From positions 1-44,024 of the forward strand of contig JBDHDY010000002.1 in the NCBI GenBank assembly GCA_039591275.1: a DNA stretch of 44,024 nucleotides. The letters run 5' to 3'. The notes under the pieces were generated by a model that was not told the origin of the DNA, searched no databases, and was given only the letters and a program-made list of their open reading frames with translations. The translations under genes were made by a program, and so were the position numbers. This DNA is from Gemmatimonadota bacterium (lineage in GTDB: Bacteria > Gemmatimonadota > Gemmatimonadetes > Gemmatimonadales > GWC2-71-9). The first letter of the stretch is position 1, and every line of letters begins with the position of its first letter. This document shows positions 37,176 to 44,024 of this stretch, in pieces.

Positions 37176-37648
37176 GACCGCCTCGAGTCGAGATACGTTT
37201 GCAGAATTACAGTCGCCGAAAGCTGGTCCACGTCACCCCGCCGCTCCCGCGGAGATCCTCCCAGCTCGTGTATGGACCTCAAGGCTCTGGCGGTGGTCAT
37301 GCGTTCGTCCCAGAACGTGACGGGCAGTCCCGTCTTGGTCCCGACTAAGGTGCCGAGCTCGCGTGCAGCTCTGGCGGGCTCGCCTTCGCGGCCGTCACTC
37401 TCCAGGGGGAGCCCGATGACGATCCCCACAGGTCTGTGGGAGTCCAAGTAGGTCTTCAGCTGCTTCAGGGGAAACCGTCGTCCGGGACGGCGGACAAGCG
37501 TCGCAAGGGGTTGTGCAATCTTTTGTGACGGGTCACACGTGGCGAGGCCGATGCGCTTCTCGCCCCAGTCCATCGCAAACAATCTTCCGGTTGTGGGCAC
37601 CGGGGTTTCGGATGCCATCGGCCGCGTGTCGGTAGGGTCGGTCGGCAA
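37172..37648 (-). CDS. ruvX: Holliday-junction-resolvase-like putative pre-16S rRNA nuclease RuvX/YqgF
   Basis: LFAMDWGEKRIGLA, VIGLPLESDG, FWDERMTTARA. TTG 37648 or ATG 37618. ATGA overlap with mltG. Confidence 0.85.
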   Translation of the reverse strand: MPTDPTDTRPMASETPVPTTGRLFAMDWGEKRIGLATCDPSQKIAQPLATLVRRPGRRFPLKQLKTYLDSHRPVGIVIGLPLESDGREGEPARAARELGTLVGTKTGLPVTFWDERMTTARALRSIHELGGSPRERRGDVDQLSATVILQTYLDSRRS

Positions 37649-37650
37649 AC

Positions 37651-38901
37651 CTACCCCTGCTGCATGGTGGCGTAGAACTCCTCATTGCCGACGGTTCGCT
37701 TCATGCGCTCCAGTAGGAACTCAATGGCCTCGACCGGCGGCATGTCAGCCAGGAAGTTGCGCAGGAGATAGGTCTTGTTGAGCTCCTCCGGGTCCAGCAG
37801 GAGTTCTTCTTTTCGGGTCGAAGTTCGCTGCACGTCGATCGCCGGATAGATCCGTCGGTCGGCGATGCGCCGGTCCAACACGAGCTCCATGTTGCCGGTG
37901 CCTTTGAACTCCTCGAAGATCACCTCGTCCATCCGGCTACCGGTTTCGATGAGCGCCGTGGCGATGATCGTCAACGAGCCACCGCTGTCGATGTTCCTTG
38001 CGGCCCCAAAGAAACGCTTGGGTTTCTGTAGGGCGTTGGCGTCCACGCCACCTGAGAGGATTTTGCCGGAGTGTGGAATCACTACGTTGTGTGCACGCGC
38101 CAGCCGAGTGATTGAGTCGAGCAGGATAACCACGTCCTTTTGATGTTCGACGAGCCGCTTGGCTTTCTCAATGACCATGTCTGCCACTTGAACGTGGCGG
38201 TCGGCAGGCTCGTCGAACGTCGAGGCGATGACCTCGGCCTTAACGTTCTCCTCCATATCTGTGACTTCTTCAGGTCGTTCGTCGATCAGAAGAACGATCA
38301 GCGCGATTTCCGGATGGTTCTCCGTGATCGAGTTCGCCACCTTCTGCAACAGGATCGTCTTACCGGCCTTCGGCGGAGATACGATGAGACCTCGCTGCCC
38401 ACAGCCGATGGGCGCAAGCATATCGACCACGCGCATCGAGATGTCGGCGTCTTCCCGTTCGAGTTGGATCCGCCGGTCGGGATAGCGGGGGCGAAGGTTG
38501 TCGAAGCCAATCCGGTGCTTGGCCTTGTCGGGGGCCTCGAAGTTGACCTTCTCCACCTTGAGAAGGGCGAGGTATCGCTCACCTTCTTTCGGCGGCCGTA
38601 CCTGGCCTAGGATCGTGTCACCAGTGCGCAAGTCAAAGCGCTTGATCTGACTCGGGCTCACGTAGATGTCATCGGGTCCGTAGAGGTAGTTCCAGTCCTG
38701 ACTTCGCAGGAAGCCATACCCCTCGGGCAGGATTTCGAGGACGCCCTCACCGTGCAACACAGTGTCAGCGTCGAGAAGGGATTGTTCTATCCGGAAAATC
38801 AGATCCTGCTTGCGTAGGCCGGAGTAGTTGGTGATGTTCAATTCTTCAGCCATCTCGTGCAGCTGAGCCACGGACTTTCTCTTGAGTTCGGCGATGTCCA
38901 C
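37651..38901 (-). CDS. rho: transcription termination factor Rho
   Basis: N-terminal [24 protein letters not shown], cold-shock-type RNA-binding [16 protein letters not shown], Walker [37 protein letters not shown] start. Confidence 0.95.
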   Translation of the reverse strand: MDIAELKRKSVAQLHEMAEELNITNYSGLRKQDLIFRIEQSLLDADTVLHGEGVLEILPEGYGFLRSQDWNYLYGPDDIYVSPSQIKRFDLRTGDTILGQVRPPKEGERYLALLKVEKVNFEAPDKAKHRIGFDNLRPRYPDRRIQLEREDADISMRVVDMLAPIGCGQRGLIVSPPKAGKTILLQKVANSITENHPEIALIVLLIDERPEEVTDMEENVKAEVIASTFDEPADRHVQVADMVIEKAKRLVEHQKDVVILLDSITRLARAHNVVIPHSGKILSGGVDANALQKPKRFFGAARNIDSGGSLTIIATALIETGSRMDEVIFEEFKGTGNMELVLDRRIADRRIYPAIDVQRTSTRKEELLLDPEELNKTYLLRNFLADMPPVEAIEFLLERMKRTVGNEEFYATMQQG

Positions 38902-39044
38902 AGCGGAGGGCTCCGTTTGTTACCCCAAAGCGTTGGTGCCGTGCGGCGAAGAGACACCTGCTTTCTTGGGAAACTAGGATTTCGGTATGACTCTGACGGG
39001 ATACGACTCTATTGGGGAAATCTCTGCTGATGTGAAGGCGAGTA

Positions 39045-39073
39045 AAGATAGGATTCGTCAGGGAACCCGTCAA
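39045..39073 (-). promoter_or_regulatory. candidate rho promoter
   Basis: Minus strand: TTGACG (39073..39068), 17-nt spacer, TATCTT (39050..39045). This predicts a leader of roughly 135 nt. Confidence 0.3.
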
Positions 39074-39075
39074 GA

Positions 39076-40203
39076 GTGCCACTAGAAGCCATCTCCCCGT
39101 ATTTCCGCTACTGGCGCACCATCGTCGCGTTGGACCGCGAGGTGGTCGATGCCGTCGTGTCACCGGCCCACCAAGGACCCTCACGGGAACTGCAGAGTGC
39201 ACTCAATGAGTGGCCCGGTACGTACTACTGGTCGCAGCGAGAGGGCCCCAACCGACTGGTACTCATTCGGTCTGTCGGACCATCCCCGAAGGAGCGGTGG
39301 TGGCTCCACATAGCACTGTTCCTGGTCACGTTCGGCACGGTGTGGATGGCGGGGTCGGTGTTGATGAGTCCGCCGGCGACCCTACCCATCCCCAGCAGCC
39401 TGGATTTGCAGAGGGCATGGGCCGACCTGCAGGAGTGGGTCGGCCTGGCCGGGCCCGGCCTGGGGTTTGCCGCCGCTCTCATGGGGATACTGCTCGCACA
39501 CGAATTGGGCCACTACTTCGTCGCCAAACGTTACGGCGTCAACGCTTCGCCGCCGTATTTCCTCCCGGGTCCCCCGCAGCTCAACCTCATAGGCACCTTC
39601 GGCGCGTTCATTCGGCTGCGAAGCCCCATCGTCGACCGACGACAACTCCTGGACGTCGGAGCCGCCGGACCGTGGGCCGGGTTTGCCGTAGCGCTGCTCG
39701 TGCTCGTAGTGGGACTGCTCAAGTCGGACGTCGTTGAGGGAGTGAATGCACTGACGCCGCAGATGATCTATTGGGGCAGGACCGAGTTCTATCTGGGAGA
39801 CTCTCCGCTGATGGCAATCGCCAGGCGTCTCCTGGTCGGTGAGGGCACCGTGCTCCTCCACCCGTTGGCGTTGGCCGGCTGGTTTGGCCTGTTCGTAACG
39901 ATGCTGAACCTCCTGCCACTGGGGCAGCTGGATGGCGGCCATATCGTCTACTCCCTGGTCGGGCGGCACCAGGGAAAGGTGGGGCTGCTCATGTGGTACG
40001 GGCTGGTGGTGCTGGGTTTCGAGTTCTACGGTTGGTGGATCTGGGCCGCGCTGATCCTGCTGATTGGCAGGGGCCGCATCGTCCATCCGTCGGTGCTGGA
40101 CCCCTATCGGCCCATCCCGGCCAGCCGGTGGTGGACGGGCCTGGCCACGGCGGTGCTCTTCGTTCTCACGTTCACGGCCGACCCCCTGCCCAACATACTA
40201 TAA
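39076..40203 (+). CDS. site-2 protease family (M50) membrane metalloprotease
   Basis: LLAHELGHYFVAKRYG (HExxH), NLLPLGQLDGGHIVY (LDG motif), multiple TM segments. The GTG start is uncertain. Confidence 0.8.
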   Translation: MPLEAISPYFRYWRTIVALDREVVDAVVSPAHQGPSRELQSALNEWPGTYYWSQREGPNRLVLIRSVGPSPKERWWLHIALFLVTFGTVWMAGSVLMSPPATLPIPSSLDLQRAWADLQEWVGLAGPGLGFAAALMGILLAHELGHYFVAKRYGVNASPPYFLPGPPQLNLIGTFGAFIRLRSPIVDRRQLLDVGAAGPWAGFAVALLVLVVGLLKSDVVEGVNALTPQMIYWGRTEFYLGDSPLMAIARRLLVGEGTVLLHPLALAGWFGLFVTMLNLLPLGQLDGGHIVYSLVGRHQGKVGLLMWYGLVVLGFEFYGWWIWAALILLIGRGRIVHPSVLDPYRPIPASRWWTGLATAVLFVLTFTADPLPNIL

Positions 40204-40281
40204 ATGAAATAGAGGTCCTCCTCAGACCGAGTCGGTTGGGTAATCCCCGAAGCGCCTTATCGAGTGACTGCCTGCTCACTA

Positions 40282-40317
40282 TTGCGTAAGTGATGGTTGT
40301 ATTTATATTTGCGCAAA
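40282..40317 (+). promoter_or_regulatory. candidate promoter plus 10-bp perfect palindrome upstream of the small-ORF pair
   Basis: TTGCGT (40282..40287), 16-nt spacer, TATATT (40304..40309). TTTGCGCAAA (40308..40317) overlaps the -10. Confidence 0.35.
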
Positions 40318-40334
40318 CTTGCGGAGGTGCCCAG

Positions 40335-40622
40335 ATGCCGGGAGACCTCGCCCACCGCGGCCCTTCCAATTCCGGCGAGCCGGTATTGTATGAGCTCGCG
40401 CCGCTCCAGAATGTGGACCACGCCGTGGTCGTCCGATTGGCCATCAGGCAGGACGGTGACGGTACGTGGTACGGCCGCCTCATCTTCGGGGCTGACGAAG
40501 CCGTTCCAGCCAGAACCACAGCCGAGATCTTCTGTGAGGCCAGCGAAACGGATCTGTGGCGCTCAGTGCAGGGTCTTCAGGATCACCAACTGAGAGATCT
40601 GTTCCGCTCCATCTCCGAATGA
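40335..40622 (+). CDS. hypothetical protein (95 aa)
   Basis: ATG preceded by GGAGGTG. High third-position GC. No motif recognised. Confidence 0.5.
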   Translation: MPGDLAHRGPSNSGEPVLYELAPLQNVDHAVVVRLAIRQDGDGTWYGRLIFGADEAVPARTTAEIFCEASETDLWRSVQGLQDHQLRDLFRSISE

Positions 40623-40810
40623 CCGACTCGACCCTACAATCACTTCGCAAGCTCCAGCACGACCTGGCAAACCCGCTCTCCGCCGTCCTGGCCCAGGCGC
40701 AGCTCCTTCTGCAGAACGCCGACTCCTACGACCGCGCCACCGTTGACGCTCTCGAGGAGATCGAGCGTGCGGCGAGGCGCATGCGGGAAATTCTCCTGAC
40801 AGGCGATTAG
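40619..40810 (+). CDS. stand-alone HisKA/DHp-like domain protein (63 aa), no ATPase domain
   Basis: ATGA overlap with the upstream ORF. H-box-like LQHDLANPLSAVLAQAQLLL followed by a second helix (ALEEIERAARRMREILL). High third-position GC. Confidence 0.55.
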   Translation: MTDSTLQSLRKLQHDLANPLSAVLAQAQLLLQNADSYDRATVDALEEIERAARRMREILLTGD

Positions 40811-41097
40811 CCGCATCCCGCTCCAAAACACATTCCTGGACGAATTCGTAGGACGTGAGCCACACATCTCCCCGGGATGCCCTTTGCCAGCTGTCCGGCT
40901 TGCGCCTGCTGGCGGGGTCCTGTGCTGGCATCGTAATTGCGATTTGGGAGTAGAGCGGTCCGTCGGTTGACTGATGGGGGCGACTCGATTGACTGGAAGT
41001 TGCGGCCCGGAAGTCATTGTGGTGTAGCACATTCGGAAGCTATGTTCTCGATCCCCAAATAATCGGCCCTATAACGCGAGTGAGTTCCGTGAGACAC

Positions 41098-41251
41098 ATG
41101 TTGAACCCAAGGGTGGAGTGTCGCCGCTGGTGGGCTCTCGTGCTGGGGGTGGCTGGCGTGAGCGTGGGTTGTGGGATGGGGCGCCCGGCGGCGGTGTCAC
41201 CAACTGAGATAGCTGGAGGCGCGGCTGGCGTCTTCACCGGACGATGGGGCT
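41098..41251 (+). other. lipoprotein signal-peptide-encoding segment, in a different frame from the downstream gene body
   Basis: ATG 41098: MLNPRVECRRWWALVLGVAGVSVGC/GMG (lipobox-like SVGC). Beyond about 41215 this frame becomes Arg/Gly-rich junk. Confidence 0.4.
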
Positions 41252-42460
41252 GTGCTGCTTCGCTACGGAGCGGCGTTGTATGCGGCGGGGAGGTGCGACA
41301 GCGCTGTAGTCGTGGTAGGCCGCGGCCGGTCGCTGCGCCCGGCGGATGCACTCGGGCCCCTGGTCGTGGGCCAATGCATGGAGCGAGATGGGAGACATGA
41401 CCGGGCGATCGCGGAGTACCGCCAATTCTTGGCTGCTCACGGAGGGGCACAAGGAGCGGCAGCCGTGCGGGCCAGGGAGCTTCTAGCCAGGCGGGATCAT
41501 GCCACTGTCGTGGCTCGGCAGGCGCTCGCACGCGAGGCTGAGCTGGGCGAGGCCGACGAAAGTGCGCTAGCCGTGCTCCCGCTGGTGGTGGTCGGGGATT
41601 CCAGTGTGCAACCCCTTTCCAGGGGACTGGCGCAAATCATCACGTCTGACTTGGCGCTGCTCGAGCGTTTCCGGTTGGTCGAACGCATGCAATTGGGTGC
41701 CGTGCTGCAGGAGCTCGAGTTGGGGCAGACGGCGCGGGTCGAGGCCGGGACGGCAGCCCGGGTGGGTCGGCTCGTCGGCGCTGGACGAATGGTCCAGGGG
41801 CTGGTTGCCATTCCGCCCGAGGGTGACACGCGGCTCGAGGCGAGCGTGATTCGCTCAACGGGAGAGGTGACAGGTGCGGAGGTCGTGACCGGACGGTTCC
41901 GGGATTTGATGCAAATGGAGAAGCAGCTCGTTTTGGGGATCGCGGCAAGGCTGGGGTACGCGCTGTCGGACGCAGAGCGGGACCAGATCCTGGAGAACGG
42001 AACAGAGAATCTAGCCGCATTCCTGGCATACTCCCGCGGGCTGTTTGCTGAGGACATAGGAGACTACAGCACGGCCGCGATGCATTTCGGGCAGGCCGTC
42101 CAGGCGGACCCGGGATTTCAGGAAGCTCAGTCGCAGTATGAGGCGGCGTCGGCAGCTGACGTGGTGGGTCAGGCAACGGCTTCGGAGGTGACCACGGTAG
42201 GCGCAAGCTCTGAAGCGGCCGTGCAGGAGGGCCAGCAACCCACGCAGACGCTGGCCAACGCGGTGAACAGTGTCGTTGGGGACATTGCAGCCACGCAGGC
42301 CGAGCAGGCGACGTCGAGCGCCGACGAAGATCAGGCCGTCCAGCAAGCCACTCAACAGTCCACAGAGACTACGGCGGCGGAGCCCGAGCCGACCACGGCG
42401 GCGACGGGGGTCACGTCGACGGTGACGGGGACGATACGGATCATCTTCAGGCTACCATGA
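41252..42460 (+). CDS. TolB-N-like (CsgG/LpoB-fold) + TPR domain protein with a Q/T/A/E-rich tail; possibly the 3' part of a frameshifted lipoprotein gene
   Basis: ALAVLPLVVVGDSS..LSRGLAQIITSDLALLERFRLVERMQLGAVLQELELGQ..GRLVGAGRMVQG. The TPR-like segment reads AAFLAYSRGLFAEDIGDYSTAAMHFGQAVQADPGFQEA. The frame is open from 41213; GTG 41252 is the first start codon. Confidence 0.65.
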   Translation: MLLRYGAALYAAGRCDSAVVVVGRGRSLRPADALGPLVVGQCMERDGRHDRAIAEYRQFLAAHGGAQGAAAVRARELLARRDHATVVARQALAREAELGEADESALAVLPLVVVGDSSVQPLSRGLAQIITSDLALLERFRLVERMQLGAVLQELELGQTARVEAGTAARVGRLVGAGRMVQGLVAIPPEGDTRLEASVIRSTGEVTGAEVVTGRFRDLMQMEKQLVLGIAARLGYALSDAERDQILENGTENLAAFLAYSRGLFAEDIGDYSTAAMHFGQAVQADPGFQEAQSQYEAASAADVVGQATASEVTTVGASSEAAVQEGQQPTQTLANAVNSVVGDIAATQAEQATSSADEDQAVQQATQQSTETTAAEPEPTTAATGVTSTVTGTIRIIFRLP

Positions 42461-43587
42461 TGCGACCACTCAAGTATCTCGGCGTGCTGGGGGCGGTGGT
42501 TGCCGCGCCCCTGGCCGGGCAACAGCCCAATGTGACGGTGCAGACGGCGGTCTTGGCGGAGAGCTACTCGTTTGATGACGGGTTGTCGTTCACCCGGGTA
42601 TCCGAGCAAACGGTGCCCGTGGCAGTGACAGTGGGATTGGGCCGGCGAGCGGCATTCACGGTGGCCACCGGATTTGCGCGAGTGGATCTCAAGAGCGCTG
42701 ATGAGGGCCAGCTGGCAAGTCAGGAAATATCCACTGCGCTGGATACCGAGTTCCGGCTGAGCGTGGATGTGATACCCGGTCGACTGGTGTTCTTGGCCAC
42801 CGGGGCGGCACCGACGGGGTCTGGTACGGTGGCCTTGGAAGAGTTGTCGGTCCTGGGAGCCCTCTCCAGCGACATCATCGGCTTTTCGGCGACGGACCTG
42901 GGGACGGGTGGCAACTTGGGCGGGGGATTTGTCGGAGTCGTGCCCGTGGGGCGGATGGCGCTCGGCATCGGAGCGACGTTCCAACAGTCCTTGACGTATG
43001 ACCCGGTCCAGGGACAGACGCAGAATCTGCGGCCCGGTGGTGAGGTGCGGGTACGAGGAGGTATCGAAGGGGCCTTGGGACCGCGAACCTATCTGCGGGT
43101 GGCTGGGATATTTGCCCGGCGGCAGAAGGACCAGATAAACGGAGAGACCCGCAACGGGGTGGGGAACAGGTACGTAGGCTATGTGTCGCTCAACCAGGCG
43201 GTGGGCCGCTCGTCCGTGACGGTCTATGGATTCGATGTGTTCCGTAGCAATCCACAGGTAGAAGCAACGGCAACGGGGGCGGCACTGCTGCCTCGAGGCA
43301 ATCTGCTGGCCGCCGGCGCGCAATTCGCGTTGGGTTTGGCGCCCCGCACTAGCGTCACGCCACGGGTGGAGTTTCGCACGTCCTCAGCGGCGCCGGACAC
43401 GTCGGTGACGGCGCTGCAGAGACTGGGGAGCTCAGTGCGATTCGGCGTCGATTTTCGACACCGGGTGAACCGAGACGTGGCGTTGGTGCTGGAAGGAAAT
43501 GGATTGATAGGGGACGTCGTGCAGGCCGGAAACACCATCGACTTCCGCGGCTACCGCGCCGGCGTGCACCTGGAGATCACCAGATGA
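42457..43587 (+). CDS. secreted beta-rich protein, candidate outer-membrane beta-barrel
   Basis: ATGA overlap with the upstream gene. Signal peptide MMRPLKYLGVLGAVVAAPLAG/QQ. Long alternating-residue strands. The C-terminus (..HLEITR) is not a canonical aromatic OMP terminus. Confidence 0.55.
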   Translation: MMRPLKYLGVLGAVVAAPLAGQQPNVTVQTAVLAESYSFDDGLSFTRVSEQTVPVAVTVGLGRRAAFTVATGFARVDLKSADEGQLASQEISTALDTEFRLSVDVIPGRLVFLATGAAPTGSGTVALEELSVLGALSSDIIGFSATDLGTGGNLGGGFVGVVPVGRMALGIGATFQQSLTYDPVQGQTQNLRPGGEVRVRGGIEGALGPRTYLRVAGIFARRQKDQINGETRNGVGNRYVGYVSLNQAVGRSSVTVYGFDVFRSNPQVEATATGAALLPRGNLLAAGAQFALGLAPRTSVTPRVEFRTSSAAPDTSVTALQRLGSSVRFGVDFRHRVNRDVALVLEGNGLIGDVVQAGNTIDFRGYRAGVHLEITR

Positions 43588-43661
43588 GTGCGGGTGTAAT
43601 CGACCAGCGGTCGTAGGAGCTGAGGTAAGCTCGACCGTTGTGGTTGTATGGAGGTGGTCAA

Positions 43662-44024
43662 GTGAAGCGATGGATTGTTCCTGCGGCTGTACTCGTCGGG
43701 TTGGGCATTGCGGCATGTGAGGATACGACTGGTCCCGACGGCCCCCTCACTGGTCACTTCAGCATCGTTCCCACATTCAGGAGCCAGTCGGCGAGCCAGT
43801 CGGCGGGCGTCGTCGACGTGGAATCCGTTCGAGTTCGACTCGTGCGGGCCAGCGACGAATCGCTGGTCCTCGACCAGACCTTCACGCTCGAGCCGGATGC
43901 CGAGTCAGTAGACCTTTCCATCAGCATTCCAGTTCTCAGCGCGGATGAGACATTTCTCCTCACGCTCGAACTCGTGTCACCCGAAGGCGAGGTCGTCTTC
44001 ACGGGGGGACCGACCCCAGTCACA
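43662..44024 (+). CDS. lipoprotein, 5' part (runs off the window end)
   Basis: My own translation. GTG 43662 is preceded by GGAGGTG. VKRWIVPAAVLVGLGIAAC/EDTTGPD (lipobox GIAAC). 121 codons are open to position 44024. It is not in the supplied track because it has no stop. Confidence 0.6.
   Translation, partial: MKRWIVPAAVLVGLGIAACEDTTGPDGPLTGHFSIVPTFRSQSASQSAGVVDVESVRVRLVRASDESLVLDQTFTLEPDAESVDLSISIPVLSADETFLLTLELVSPEGEVVFTGGPTPVT

Noticed and set aside
40563-41531. Several 130-160-aa minus-strand ORFs across the 40.6-41.5 kb region
   Set aside because: They are Arg/Pro/Ser/Gly-rich with no motifs, and they overlap better-supported plus-strand genes or the non-coding gap. They are interpreted as high-GC shadow ORFs.

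Overview
High-GC (roughly 65%) bacterial chromosomal segment. It is tightly packed, with about 45 protein-coding genes, many joined by 1-8 nt start/stop overlaps. I recognised no rRNA, tRNA, CRISPR array, transposase or integrase. Most genes are core housekeeping: yebC-ruvC-ruvA, a GT9 heptosyltransferase, an MsbA-like exporter, tyrS, a class A PBP, argR plus argG-argH, kbl-tdh, a Cys-type formate dehydrogenase alpha subunit, aroH, thiE, rho-ruvX-mltG and a site-2 protease. The gene content and style suggest a Gemmatimonadota-like organism, but that is only my guess.

The items that are not routine are:
1. A stand-alone DnaB C-terminal ATPase paralog.
2. A PorX-type receiver-PglZ regulator abutting the MsbA-like exporter.
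3. A patatin lipase fused to a ferredoxin-like Cys cluster.
4. A 686-aa NYN + 2xLOTUS protein with a ~300-aa charged disordered tail and a terminal amphipathic helix.
5. A histone-H1-like protein built from nested tandem repeats.
6. A two-gene mini-operon ending in an orphan HisKA/DHp-only protein.
7. An envelope gene module at the 3' end (lipoprotein signal, TolB-N-like/TPR protein, beta-barrel candidate, lipoprotein), whose first gene has its signal peptide and mature part in different reading frames.

All functional calls come from reading motifs by eye. No database search was run.
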